Numbered from the stretch's first letter, positions 37,536 through 48,191 are shown. The stretch: 64,000 nucleotides of DNA from Verrucomicrobiia bacterium (GCA_035387945.1 DAOOOX010000003.1:203126-267125), one strand, 5' to 3'. The notes: generated by a model not told the origin, from the sequence alone. Program-made: numbers and translations.

Positions 37536-38975
37536 ATGAAACAAATCACCAGATGGCCAAGTCTTCTCGCGGCGGCCCTGTTGACTGTTTCCGCTGATCG
37601 GTCTGCGGCGTTGAATCAACACCCCAACTTCGTCGTCATCCTCGGCGAGGGGGCAGGCTGGACCAGCTGCTCCGTGCAGATGGACGACCGCAATCCCGCC
37701 TCGAAAGGTTCCAGAATCAAGACGCCCAATGTGGAGCGGCTCGCCGCCATTGGCATGCGATTTTCCGACGGCTACGCCGCCTCACCGCGCTGCACGCCCT
37801 CTCGCGCGGCCCTCTTCACCGGCCGGAGCCCCGCGTCGTTGCACATGACCTTCGTCGGCGCGGAGGGGGCGCGCGGCGACGGGGGGGCGAACATCAAGGT
37901 CATCCCGCCGCGCGCGTCCCTTGAGATGCCGATGGAGGAGACGACCATCGCCGAGTTGCTCAAGCGGGCGGACTACGCCACCGCCCACTTCGGCAAATGG
38001 CACGTTGGCCGGGAAGATCCGTCCGAGCATGGATTCGACGAGAGCGACGGTCCGACCGGCAACGGCGGTCCAGAGAACGTCGCTGACCCAAATCCCAAAC
38101 AGGCGATCGCGATGACCGAGCACGGCATCGATTTCATGGGGAGGCAGATGAAAGCCCGTCGGCCATTCTACGTCCAGATGTCGCACTATCCGAGCCAGGA
38201 GGGGAAGGGCGGGGGCGGCGGACGAAAACGAGGGCCGGGAAATCAGGAGGAGGAGATCAGTTCTACCGACCAGAGCCTGGGACAAATCCTTGACGCCGTG
38301 GATCGGCTCGGACTCAAAGGCAGCACCTACGTTTTCTTCACGACCGACCACGGTTCGCCCGGCCGCAATGCGCCGCTGACTGGCGGGAAGGGTTCGGTTT
38401 GGGAGGGCGGCATCCGCGTGCCATTCATCGTCTCCGGGCCGGGCGTCAAGGCGGGCGCATGCTCGCACGTGCGCGTGACCGGGACGGACATGTTTCCCAC
38501 ATTCGCCGAACTGGCCGGTGTAAAGGAGTCGCTCCCGAAGGCCATCGAGGGCGGGAGTTTCGCGCAGGTGCTGATGAACGGGGGCACGGGCATCGTGAAA
38601 AGACCCCGCGAGGAATTCGTCGTCCACTTCCCGCACTACGACAAGGACGCGCTCGGCCCGGCCTCGGCCCTGCTGTTCGGCAACTACAAATTGATCCGCT
38701 TCTACGAGACCGGCGAACGCATGCTCCTCGATCTGTCGAAGGACATAGCTGAACGAGAGGATCTGGCGAAACAGATGCCCCAAAAGGTTGACGAGCTAGA
38801 CCGGCGTCTCGCCGAGTACCTCAAGGCCCTCGATGCACAATTGCCGACACCCAATCCCGACTACGACCCCAGCAAACCGCCGAGCCAAGAACAGCGTGTC
38901 AAAGGCAAGAAGGGTGATAGGGGCGGCAAGGGAAAAGGTGGCAATCGCCGCGATAACCCCACCGAGGCACCGTGA
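37536..38975 (+). CDS. Sulfatase (type I, formylglycine-dependent), with K/G-rich insert and tail
   Basis: Signal peptide. NFVVILGEGAGW. Canonical CTPSRAALFTGR motif. GKWHVG. C-terminal KGKKGDRGGKGKGGNRRDNP. Internal EGKGGGGGRKRGPG insert. Confidence 0.85.
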   Translation: MKQITRWPSLLAAALLTVSADRSAALNQHPNFVVILGEGAGWTSCSVQMDDRNPASKGSRIKTPNVERLAAIGMRFSDGYAASPRCTPSRAALFTGRSPASLHMTFVGAEGARGDGGANIKVIPPRASLEMPMEETTIAELLKRADYATAHFGKWHVGREDPSEHGFDESDGPTGNGGPENVADPNPKQAIAMTEHGIDFMGRQMKARRPFYVQMSHYPSQEGKGGGGGRKRGPGNQEEEISSTDQSLGQILDAVDRLGLKGSTYVFFTTDHGSPGRNAPLTGGKGSVWEGGIRVPFIVSGPGVKAGACSHVRVTGTDMFPTFAELAGVKESLPKAIEGGSFAQVLMNGGTGIVKRPREEFVVHFPHYDKDALGPASALLFGNYKLIRFYETGERMLLDLSKDIAEREDLAKQMPQKVDELDRRLAEYLKALDAQLPTPNPDYDPSKPPSQEQRVKGKKGDRGGKGKGGNRRDNPTEAP

Positions 38976-39004
38976 GCACTGACCTGAAACTTCGCCCGTG
39001 TTTG

Positions 39005-39190
39005 GCGTCTCGCAGAGACGCCCTACAAATCTTGTGGGCCGCCTGTGTCAGGCGGCAGTGGGTGTCCAGTTTCCCCATGAATGATGCGGCGCCTCTGGAC
39101 GCCAGCGGCGGGGCTGACTCGAAAAATGTAGGCCGTTTCTGCGAGACGGCAGTGGGTGCCGGGGGGTGCCTGACACAGGCGCCCTACAGC
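39005..39190. repeat. Cluster of short palindromic units (BIME-like mosaic) related to R2 subunits
   Basis: ggcgtctcgcagagacgcc, cctacaaatcttgtggg, gccgcctgtgtcaggcggc, gtaggccgtttctgcgagacggc, cctgacacaggcgccctacag. The same unit types occur in R2 copies at 4261 and 53749. Confidence 0.65.
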
Positions 39191-39225
39191 CGACCGGAAT
39201 CCGGCATCGAGCGCAGGCCGATGAT

Positions 39226-40755
39226 ATGATCCGCACCACCATTGCTGCCTTCACGGCATGGATATTCCTGGGTATCGCCATCCCGGTCGTCTGCGCGCCG
39301 CAGGATGGCTCTGGCAAGGAACAGCGGCCGCGCGGCACTGGCAGGGGTGGGCGCGGTCACGAAGGGCATCGCGGCGGTCCCCAAGGGGGATTCCGGACCG
39401 AGGTGCCGCCTCATCCTTACGATCTCGTCCTCGCTCGGCCCACGAAGAACGCCACCACGCTCAGCGTGCTCTCCTACACCAATGCCGAATGCTACATCGC
39501 CTACGGCACGCAACCCGGCCGGTGCTCCCAAAAGACGCCGACGTGTGCCCTCAAGGCAGGCCAGCCCTCCGAAATGGCCGTCGCCCCCCTCCAGCCGAAC
39601 ACCCGCTATTATTATCAGTTCTGCTCGCGTGTGCAGGGATCGGCGACATTTGAAAAAAGCCCTGAGCACACCTTCCACACCCAGCGTCCGCCCGGCGCGA
39701 CGTTCACTTTCACCGTGCAAGCGGACTCGCACCTCGATAGTAACACCGAACCGTCGGTCTACACCCGCACCCTCGCCAACGCCTTGGCCGACGCGCCGGA
39801 TTTTCACATCGATCTCGGCGACACGTTCATGACGGGCAAATATCGGGATGATCGGCCCGCCGCATCCCAACAGTATCTGGCGCAGCGGTATTATTTTGGG
39901 CTCATCGGGCACTCGGCGCCGGTTTTCCTCGTGCTCGGCAACCACGATGGCGAAAAGGGTGAGCGGCGGCGCGAGGAGGAGGCGAGCGTCTGGGCGAACA
40001 TGATGCGAAAGAAGTATTTCTCCAACCCGGTCCCTGACAGTTTCTACACCGGCAACGAGATCAAACACGAGACCGCGGGCCTCTTGGAAAACTACTACGC
40101 ATGGGAATGGGGCGATGCCCTCTTCGTGATGCTCGACCCGTTCTGGCCGAGCAGTGCGGGCGGCCGCGATTCCGACGAGAATTGGAACCGCACGCTGGGT
40201 CTCGCGCAATACCAATGGCTGAAGCGCACCCTGGAACAGAGCAGGGCGAAATTCCGCCTCGTCTTCATTCACCACCTCGTCGGCGGCATCACCCCCGAGG
40301 GCCGCGGAGGCTCAGAGACGGCCCCCTATTACGAGTGGGGAGGCAAGAATCGGGATGGCAGCGACGGCTTCAAGCAGAACCGCCCCGGCTGGCCGCTTCC
40401 CATCCACGAATTGCTCGCGCGCAATCATGTCAACATCGTCTTCCACGGCCACGATCACCTTTTCGCCAAGCAGGAATTCGGCGGCATCATTTATCAAGAG
40501 GTGCCACAGCCAGGATTTCCCGGCGACGGGAGGGCGCCGCGCAGCGCCGCGGAGTACGGGTATGTCGAGGGCACGATCCTCGGTAGCCCCGGCCACATGA
40601 GGATCACGGTGTCGCCCGAGAAAGTCACCGCGGATTATATCCTCTCCTGCCCGCCGGGAGAGGGGACATCCAACCGGAAGAACCGCCGAATCGCGTGCTC
40701 CTACACCATTCCCAAAGGCGGGGCTGCCGGTGCCGCAAGAACCAACCCCAAATGA
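39226..40755 (+). CDS. Secreted calcineurin-like metallophosphoesterase (purple-acid-phosphatase-like), N-terminal R/G/H-rich low-complexity segment
   Basis: Signal MIRTTIAAFTAWIFLGIAIPVVCA. Motifs GDTF, GNHD, VFHGHDHLF. PAP-like N-terminal domain. RPRGTGRGGRGHEGHRGGPQGG after the signal peptide. Confidence 0.75.
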   Translation: MIRTTIAAFTAWIFLGIAIPVVCAPQDGSGKEQRPRGTGRGGRGHEGHRGGPQGGFRTEVPPHPYDLVLARPTKNATTLSVLSYTNAECYIAYGTQPGRCSQKTPTCALKAGQPSEMAVAPLQPNTRYYYQFCSRVQGSATFEKSPEHTFHTQRPPGATFTFTVQADSHLDSNTEPSVYTRTLANALADAPDFHIDLGDTFMTGKYRDDRPAASQQYLAQRYYFGLIGHSAPVFLVLGNHDGEKGERRREEEASVWANMMRKKYFSNPVPDSFYTGNEIKHETAGLLENYYAWEWGDALFVMLDPFWPSSAGGRDSDENWNRTLGLAQYQWLKRTLEQSRAKFRLVFIHHLVGGITPEGRGGSETAPYYEWGGKNRDGSDGFKQNRPGWPLPIHELLARNHVNIVFHGHDHLFAKQEFGGIIYQEVPQPGFPGDGRAPRSAAEYGYVEGTILGSPGHMRITVSPEKVTADYILSCPPGEGTSNRKNRRIACSYTIPKGGAAGAARTNPK

Positions 40756-40964
40756 ACCGCACGCCCACCAAGAGAAGAAGTCGGCGCGGCTTTTGGATCG
40801 CCTTGCGGCTCGTGCTTGCCGCGGGAGCCGTCACAAACGCCTTATCGTGAATCATTGAAGCGCGCCTGAAGTACCGCCTTTAGGCAGAGCGGGTCCACGT
40901 CTTGAATTCTCGAACCAGATGATGAATAGACTCTGCATCTCCGCGTAACTACACTTCGGGCGAT

Positions 40965-41984
40965 ATGACAAAGGATCGCCTCGTTCGCCGGACACTTTCG
41001 ACCTTGTTCGTTGCGGGATTCGTTTACAAAGCCCTTGTCGCGTTTTCGATCGCCGCAGGCACGACCGAGGCTGAACGCTTCTGGCAGGCTCCCGGCAATT
41101 GGTACAAGGGCAACCTGCACACGCACACCACGAACTCGGATGGGGATCTTGCACCGGAGGTGATGATCGCCCGCTATCAGGAGGCGGGATATGATTTCCT
41201 CGCCCTCTCGGATCACAACCGGCTCACGCGGGCCAAAGCGATCTCTGCGAAACCATTCCTGCTGATCGATGGGGAGGAGATCACGGCTGGCCACTCCGAG
41301 ATCGGTGGCGAGATCCATTTTGTCGCATTCAACCTGGTGGAGCGGATCGATCCGAGGGCATATGGTGGGCCGCAAGAGATTCTCGATGCGGTCCGCGCGC
41401 AGGGGGGCGAGGTGGTGGTCTCCCACCCCTATTGGTCGGGGCTGACCGTGAATGAGCTTCTGCGCCTCGATGGCTTTCTCGGGATCGAGATCTACAACGC
41501 GTCATGTGCCCTCTCAATCGGCAAAGGGCATTCGCTCGCGCAATGGGATGACCTCCTGGTCCGCGGCAGGCGCGTGATGGGTTTCGCGCATGACGACAGC
41601 CACGGCCACTTCAACGAGCATCGGCCCACGGATGTCGCCTGTGCGTTTCTCATGGTCAAGGCGGCCACCCTCACGGAGGAGGCGATCTTCGGGGCCCTGC
41701 GCAAGGGGGAATTCTACGCGTGTTCCGGTCCGGGCGGTGGGCCGAAGATATTGGACTTCTGGGTCGCCGATGGCCAAGCCCACGTCCGCACGTCGGCCGC
41801 CAAGACGATCACGATCGCTGCGGACGGAGGACGCGGTTATGGCGAGAGGTTCACCGCCCCGAAGGGATCGTTGTTGACGGAGGCGCACCACAAGCTGCGG
41901 GGTCGGGAGAAGTACGTGCGCCTCGAGGTCATCGATGCGGAGGGGCGCACCGCCTGGGCGAATCCGATTTTCCTGACGCCCTGA
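40965..41984 (+). CDS. PHP-domain metal-dependent phosphoesterase (CehA/McbA-like)
   Basis: KGNLHTHTTNSDGD PHP signature. ALSDHN, VSHPYW, FAHDDSHGH. Confidence 0.8.
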   Translation: MTKDRLVRRTLSTLFVAGFVYKALVAFSIAAGTTEAERFWQAPGNWYKGNLHTHTTNSDGDLAPEVMIARYQEAGYDFLALSDHNRLTRAKAISAKPFLLIDGEEITAGHSEIGGEIHFVAFNLVERIDPRAYGGPQEILDAVRAQGGEVVVSHPYWSGLTVNELLRLDGFLGIEIYNASCALSIGKGHSLAQWDDLLVRGRRVMGFAHDDSHGHFNEHRPTDVACAFLMVKAATLTEEAIFGALRKGEFYACSGPGGGPKILDFWVADGQAHVRTSAAKTITIAADGGRGYGERFTAPKGSLLTEAHHKLRGREKYVRLEVIDAEGRTAWANPIFLTP

Positions 41985-41992
41985 CCAGAAAC

Positions 41993-42197
41993 ATCGGGCG
42001 CTGTTCTCGGGCGCGGCTCGTGCCCCGACCCAGGATCCGGGCCCGGAGGGTTTTGGACTGCGGTGGCAGAGTCCGGCAACCGCCGGACGGCGCCACCGCT
42101 TTGGCAGCGCGCGAAGCGCGAGCCGGGGCCATCGGCTTCGGCTCCGCCGGGGGCAAAAGCGGTGTCGCCGCTTCGCTCTGCCACCGCAGTCCAAAAC
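41993..42197. repeat. R4 approx. 200-bp palindromic element (flank ...gctcgtgccccgacccaggatccgggcc + palindrome ttttggactgcggtggcagag...ctctgccaccgcagtccaaaa)
   Basis: An inverted-orientation copy lies at 60106..60308. Generates the mirrored pseudo-ORFs 41929..42156, 42063..42488, 60032..60340 and 59902..60282, which share ILGRGTSRAREQRP. Confidence 0.7.
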
Positions 42198-42285
42198 GGC
42201 CCCGCCATCAGAAGTCTCCACATAAATGATGCGGCGCGTCTGCGCGCCGGGGGCGGCGCTGGCTCGAAAATCCAGACACCGGATC

Positions 42286-42337
42286 GTAGGAGCCCGCTTG
42301 CAGGGGATTCGAGTCGCGCGCAAGCGCGCTCCTACGT
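42286..42337. repeat. R3 palindromic hairpin repeat copy (inverted relative to the copies at 1747 and 30818)
   Basis: cgtaggagcccgcttgcaggggattcgagtcgcgcgcaagcgcgctcctacg. Confidence 0.7.
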
Positions 42338-42432
42338 CCCATTCTTTTCCCCGGTGGTCCGGCAGCCGCCGGATGGAACCTGCCCGACAGCAGGAATCTC
42401 TATCGGGCGGGCGGTCGACGCCAAGGCGGCGA

Positions 42433-44745
42433 TCAGTGTCGACGATCCGATTCGCGCCGGGGCAAACGCTTGCGGATCGAGGTCATGAGCCTTGCAAACC
42501 AGGCTCGCAGGGATTGCGCCGTCAGACGGATATGGATCTCCAACCCCTTTCGCCCATCCCGTCGCAGGCGCGCCTCGAGTTTCGCGATCCGCGCCTTGTT
42601 CTTGGACAACTCCTTCTCGAGGAGGCGACAGCGGTGCACCCAGCCGGACGCGATCCTGGGCAGGTCCGCCAACGCCGGCGGCAGTGCTTCGACAAACGGC
42701 CTTGCGTATCGCAGGTCCCTGAGGGCCTCGGTTTCCGGCGTGAGACCGCGAGAGACAGAGTCGCCGGTGATCCGATAGTGATAGAGGACCTCCGGCACGA
42801 CCTCCATTCACAGGCCGGCCGTGGCCGCCCGGATCAGAAACTCCCGATCGGCGGAAGGCACACCGAAATCGGTGCGCAGGCCCTCGAGTTCGAGGAAAAC
42901 GCGGCGCCTTATCAGCAGATTGGTGTCCCCAAGGCAGTTTTCAAAGAGTCCGGCGGCCGGGACCGCGCCAAGCGGTACCCAAACAGAGCCGGAGCGGTCC
43001 CCGGTCGCAGGCCTGTGATCGCCGATGAAGACGTGCCTCGGGCAGGTCACGATATCGGCGCCGATGTTGGTGGCGAACGCGAGCATCGTGCGGATCTGGT
43101 GGGGCTCGGAAACACAGTCGTCATCGAAGAGCATGACCCACTCTCCGCGGGCCTCGCGCACGGCGCGATTGCGCGCCGCCGCATGGAAGGTGCGCTCCTC
43201 CTGACGGAACATCCTCCATCCTTTCTGGCGGAACCGCGGTTCGAGATCGTCGAGTATCGCCAGCGCCCCCTTCATGGTGCTGCCGTCATCCACGAGCACG
43301 ACCTCGATCGCCGGATAATCCTGTGCCTCGATCGACGCCAGTGCCTGCGGCAGCAGCCGGGCGCGATTGCGCGTCACGATACAGACCGAAACCAGCGGGG
43401 CCTCGGCCGTTGACATCGCCTGGGCGCGGGCGGGCGTCGGGGGCTCCAGCATCAGCTTCACGCGGGCCTCCACCCGTCCGCCGCCGGGCGATGGCGGCGT
43501 CCCCTGGGTGTTCGTCGTGCCGTCCAGGGCGGCGTGAAGGGCTCGCCCGATGGCCTCGGGATCCGGGATCTCCTCGAGCCTTCTCAGATCGGCAGCATCC
43601 ATGTGCATGCGCCTGGATTGCGCGCCCAGCCCGACAGGTTCAACGCAGGCCACGCCCGAATCCCGGCACCACTGGTATGGCAGCCAGCCCATCGAGCGCC
43701 CCGTCGGGAAGATGGCCACTCCCGCCCCGTCGCCAAAAAGTCGTTCCGCCGCGCGCGCCGAGAGATCCCCTTCCACCCGCCAACGAAACGGCCAACTCGC
43801 AGCGCTCGCCTCGATATGCGCCATGGCCGCCTTGTCGCGCACTCCCTCCGATGGTCCCCAGAATACGATTTCAACATCCCGGAGCCGATCCTTGACCGAA
43901 TCTTGGCCTAGGGTCCTGCAGACACGAGGGAGTTGGCCCCCCATGCTCAGGGGGGCAATGAACACGATGCGCGACACCCGCCCGGCCGGCGCCACGGCAA
44001 CCGATGCATCACTGACGGGCTCGGCCACGGCGACTTGCGCGGGCATCGCCCAGCCATGGCTCGCCAGCCAATCCGGGATCACTGGATCCGGTGCGATCAG
44101 CGCGTCGGCCATTTCGATGCAGCGCCGCTCGAGGAAATCCTGGTACAAGTCCTGGAGGTTATCGATCGCGAGATGGCCTAGCGCCCGTAGGCGGCGCAGC
44201 GGCCCGGACGCCTCGACGACGAATCGCACGCCCTCGAAGTCAACCCCGCCCCGCTTGGCCAAGAGCGCATAATAGGCAACCCCTCCGGTGTCCGGCACGT
44301 TGACCACCGCCACAGGATGGCGCAGCGCAAAGGCGCGGAGCCACTGGCGGAAATCGAACGCCCGTTCCCACCGCAGCCGCCACGGGTGGTTCAGGCGACA
44401 CGCCACCGGCACCGCCTCGACGGTGATCGCACCTGTTCCACGGCCCGCCACCCACTCCCGCAATCGCGTCTCCCCGGCGCCGCCGGACCGCCCGGCCCAG
44501 GCCATCACCACCTCCGCGCCCCGTGCCGCGAGCGTTTCGGCCAGCGCAAGGCGCGAGCCCGTCAGGCCAGCAAAGAGGTCCTCTGGCTCAAAATCGGGCC
44601 AAGCGAAGACAACGCGAGGTCCGCAGCCGCCGGTTGCCGCTCTGCCTCCGGCGATGTCATTTCTGGAATCTGGCGCTAGATCGCTCACGTCCGCATCACT
44701 TGCCGCGGGCGGCTCCCTCCAAAATCGCCGTACGCTTGAGCCCAT
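42433..44745 (-). pseudogene. Bifunctional glycosyltransferase (GT4-like N-terminal + GT2 C-terminal) interrupted by an in-frame TGA at 42808-42810; pseudogene, sequencing error or recoding
   Basis: GT2 core LVSVCIVTRNRARLLPQALASIEAQDYPAIEVVLVDDGS...DDDC. The reading ...REFLIRAATAGL*MEVVPEVLYHYRITGDSVS is continuous across the TGA in the same frame. The position aligns with an aromatic (W/Y) in the usual GT2 C-terminal motif. Start chosen at ATG 44745 downstream of the ileS stop. Confidence 0.5.
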
Positions 44746-44785
44746 CAAAGCACGGACTATCGTGGGAGCGAAAGGGGAATCTTCT

Positions 44786-47611
44786 TCAGGAGACCCCCAC
44801 CGCTTCGGCGTCGCGGTCGCTGAGCACCCCCCCGTCGGAGCGTCGGCGCACCGTGCCGTCGCGTTTCCATGATCGCTCGCAGCGGGGCTCTCCCCGAAGG
44901 TCCAGCACTTCGACCTCTCCCGCCCCAGGCGAGAACGTCGCCCTTGAGACTCCGAGCATATCGGCAAAATCCGGCGCAAACTTTCCCAGGCTGCCGTCGC
45001 CATCCGGGATAATCACCCCGGCATCGAGGCGGTTTTCGATCCCTCGTGCCTTGGCCGCTTCGATGGCTTTCAGGGCGCGATCGCGCGCCTCGAGGGCCTT
45101 CGGCCAATCCGGATCGGTGGCCACCGCGGGGAGATCCCTCGCGGTCTCCAAATGGATGCAGGCATCGGGGTCGCCGCGCAGGGCGCGCCAGGCCTCGTCG
45201 GCGGTGTGTGGAAGGATCGGGGCCAGGAGCCGAAGCAGGGATTCGAGGATCTGCCGCATGACCGTCTGCGTCGCCCGCCGCCGCGGCGAATCGGGACGGT
45301 CGCAGTAGAGCCGGTCTTTCATCGACGCGCAATAGAACGCCGAGAGGGTTTCGTTGCAGAAATCGAAGAGCGTCAGATGGGCGCGCCTGAAATCGAACGC
45401 GTCGTAGGCCGACAGCACCTCCCGCTGGACGCCCGCCGCGCGCTCCAGCGCGTGGAGATCCAGGGACGTGGCCGGGAGCGATGCGAGATCGACGGCATCG
45501 CTCGCGGGATCGAAATCGTAGAGGTTGCTGAGGAGGAATCGAAGCGTGTTCCGCACCTTGCGGTACGACTCGCCCGCCAGCTCAAAGAACTGGCGATCCA
45601 CCTTGATGTCGTTCTCGAACGCCAGGGAACTGACCCACCAACGGCAGATGTCGGCACCGAAATCCTTGAGCAACTCATCGACCTCGAGCGTGTTGCCGAG
45701 CGATTTGCTCATCTTGCGCCCGTCCTTGTCGACCATGAACCCGTGGGTCAGCAGCGTCCGGAATGGCGGCTGGCCCGTGGCGCCGAGAGCCGGCAACAGC
45801 GAAAGCTGAAACCATCCGCGGTGCTGGTCGGAACCCTCGAGATACAGGTCGGTCGGATACCCCTCCCCGCGGGCGCGCATCACGCCGTTCCATGACGATC
45901 CCGATTCAAACCAGACATCGAAGATGTCATAGGTCTTCTCCAGCTTCCCAATATCGAGGCCCTCGGGGGCATCGGGATCGCGCGCCGGGTCATACTTTTC
46001 CAACAGTCGCGCGGGCGGCTCGGTGAACCACGCGTCGCTACCGCGTTCGCCGAAGGCCGCCGCCACGGCGCGGGCCGACGCCGCGGTCAGCAGCACGCCG
46101 CCCCCCGGCACATGGAACGCCGGGATGGGCAGGCCCCACGACCGCTGCCGCGAGATGCACCAATCGGGGCGTGACTCCAGCATGCCGCGCAAGCGATTGC
46201 GGCCCCAGTCGGGCACGAAGCGCACGTCGGCCTCCACCGCCGCGATCGCCATCTGCCGCAGGCTCTTGCCGTGGCCCTTCAGCGACCGGTCCACCGAAAC
46301 GAACCACTGCTCGGTCGCCCGGAAGATCACCGGCGTCTTGCCGCGCCAGTCGTGCGGGTAGCTGTGCGTGAACTTGTGCGCGTGCACGAGATGGCCGGAG
46401 TCGCGCAGGCGCTCCACCACGAGGTCGTTCGCGGCCCAAACGACCTGGCCGCGGAGCCATTCCGGTGCGGTGTCATCGAAGGTCCCGTCGTCGCGCACGG
46501 GGCAGTAGATCTCCAGCCCCTCGCGAAGACCCGTCATGTAATCCTCGACGCCGTGGCCTGGCGCCGTGTGCACGAGGCCGGTGCCGTCCTCGAGGGTCAC
46601 GTAGTCGGCCACGACCACCGGGCTCACGCGATCACAGAAGGGATGCCGGTATTTCAGGCCGACGAGCACCTCGCCCCGCGCCGTGCCCAGCACCTGGGGG
46701 TTGGCCTCGCCCGCCCCCTTGGCGACGGCGGCGAGCAGTTCCTTCGCCACGACGCACGGCCTGTCGCCAATGCGGGCCAGCGCGTACTCGAACCGCCCGT
46801 GCACCGCCACCGCGAGGTTCGCGGGCAACGTCCACGGGGTCGTCGTCCAGATCATGAAAGACGGCTTTCCGGCGATCGCCTTGAGGCCGAAGGCCGCCGC
46901 GACCGCCGCGGGATCGTCGGCGTCAAAATTCACGAAGACCGAGGTGTCCTCCCGGTCCATGTATTCGAGTTCCGCATCGGCGAGCGCCGTCTGGTTGGCG
47001 ATGGACCAGTGCACGGGCTTGAGATCGCGGTAGACGATGCCCTGCGCGACTAGGTCCGCGAACACCTCCAGCACGGCCCTCTCGTAGGCCGGCGCCATCG
47101 TCAGGTACGGATTCGGGTAGTCCGCGAGGGTCAGCAGCCGCTGCATCTGGGCGGACTGCAGCTTCACGAACTCGGCGGCGGACTTGGCGCACTCGCGCCG
47201 GACCGCCATGCGGCGAGTGTCCTCGGGCAACGCGGCCAGTTTCGCGATCTTGCCGGACTCCATCAGCCCGGACAGGACCTTGTGCTCGATGGGCAACCCG
47301 TGGCAGTCCCAGCCGGGGATGTAATGGCACTGGCGGCCCATCACCAGCCGGCTTCGCACCACGATGTCCTTGAGCACCTTGTTCAGCAGGTGGCCCACGT
47401 GGATCGAACCGTTGGCGTAGGGCGGGCCATCGTGAAACACGAAAGCCCGAGCCCCCGCGCGCGCCGCCGTGGCCTTTTCGTAGACCCGCCCCTCGGTCCA
47501 GCGCTTCTGGCTGAGCGACTCGTTCTGCGCGAGATTGGCGCGCATCGCGAAACCGGTCTTGGGCAGGTTCAGGGTGTTCTTGTATCGATTCTTTTCGTTC
47601 TCTGCAGTCAT
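44786..47611 (-). CDS. ileS: Isoleucine--tRNA ligase
   Basis: GPPYANGSIHVGHLLNKV (HIGH), KMSKSLGN (KMSKS), editing-domain blocks. 941 aa. Confidence 0.95.
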   Translation of the reverse strand: MTAENEKNRYKNTLNLPKTGFAMRANLAQNESLSQKRWTEGRVYEKATAARAGARAFVFHDGPPYANGSIHVGHLLNKVLKDIVVRSRLVMGRQCHYIPGWDCHGLPIEHKVLSGLMESGKIAKLAALPEDTRRMAVRRECAKSAAEFVKLQSAQMQRLLTLADYPNPYLTMAPAYERAVLEVFADLVAQGIVYRDLKPVHWSIANQTALADAELEYMDREDTSVFVNFDADDPAAVAAAFGLKAIAGKPSFMIWTTTPWTLPANLAVAVHGRFEYALARIGDRPCVVAKELLAAVAKGAGEANPQVLGTARGEVLVGLKYRHPFCDRVSPVVVADYVTLEDGTGLVHTAPGHGVEDYMTGLREGLEIYCPVRDDGTFDDTAPEWLRGQVVWAANDLVVERLRDSGHLVHAHKFTHSYPHDWRGKTPVIFRATEQWFVSVDRSLKGHGKSLRQMAIAAVEADVRFVPDWGRNRLRGMLESRPDWCISRQRSWGLPIPAFHVPGGGVLLTAASARAVAAAFGERGSDAWFTEPPARLLEKYDPARDPDAPEGLDIGKLEKTYDIFDVWFESGSSWNGVMRARGEGYPTDLYLEGSDQHRGWFQLSLLPALGATGQPPFRTLLTHGFMVDKDGRKMSKSLGNTLEVDELLKDFGADICRWWVSSLAFENDIKVDRQFFELAGESYRKVRNTLRFLLSNLYDFDPASDAVDLASLPATSLDLHALERAAGVQREVLSAYDAFDFRRAHLTLFDFCNETLSAFYCASMKDRLYCDRPDSPRRRATQTVMRQILESLLRLLAPILPHTADEAWRALRGDPDACIHLETARDLPAVATDPDWPKALEARDRALKAIEAAKARGIENRLDAGVIIPDGDGSLGKFAPDFADMLGVSRATFSPGAGEVEVLDLRGEPRCERSWKRDGTVRRRSDGGVLSDRDAEAVGVS

Positions 47612-47856
47612 GTCTGTGATCGGGTTGGCGCCACCGTGGATCTCGGGACGCGGTGCTTGATTCGGTTCGTCGGCCCATGGGCCGATCCGCCGGATGGCCC
47701 CGCCCGGGGAGCGTGACGCACGATCAGGCGCGCACGGCCCCGCGGGGCCGTGTAATTATCACGGCGATTCCTATGACGCCCGTCGCGTTCACGATCTGGA
47801 AGTCTAATCTCAGCAGAGGCCCGCGGTCAAGGCTCAGGGACCCCCATCAAAATGCC

Positions 47857-47884
47857 TTGACCGATCGCCCTGGCGCGCTAGCAT
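47857..47884 (+). promoter_or_regulatory. Candidate sigma70 promoter of rpsO-pnp (TTGACC, 16-nt spacer, TAGCAT)
   Basis: ttgacc at 47857-47862 and tagcat at 47879-47884, approx. 40 nt upstream of rpsO. GGAG RBS 6 nt before ATG 47925. Confidence 0.45.
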
Positions 47885-47924
47885 TCCTCTTCACTGTCGT
47901 CAAAGAATCGAGGAACGAGGAGTC

Positions 47925-48191
47925 ATGTTGAATCGCGAAGAGCGGAGCGGGCTGATCGGCAAGCATCAGGTCCATAAGACGGACACCGGGTCACCGGAGG
48001 TTCAGGTGGCGCTGCTTTCGTCGCGGATCGCCCAACTGACCGAGCATCTCAAGGCCAACCGGAAGGACCATTCCTCACACCGGGGTCTGATGAAGATGGT
48101 CAGCCGCCGCCGCAAGTTGCTCAACTACCTCGCGGGGAAGGACAACGAGCGCTACACGAAGCTCGTGGGCGCCCTTGGGCTCAGGCGCTGA
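47925..48191 (+). CDS. rpsO: 30S ribosomal protein S15
   Basis: 88 aa. [32 protein letters not shown] is the classic S15 sequence. Confidence 0.95.
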   Translation: MLNREERSGLIGKHQVHKTDTGSPEVQVALLSSRIAQLTEHLKANRKDHSSHRGLMKMVSRRRKLLNYLAGKDNERYTKLVGALGLRR

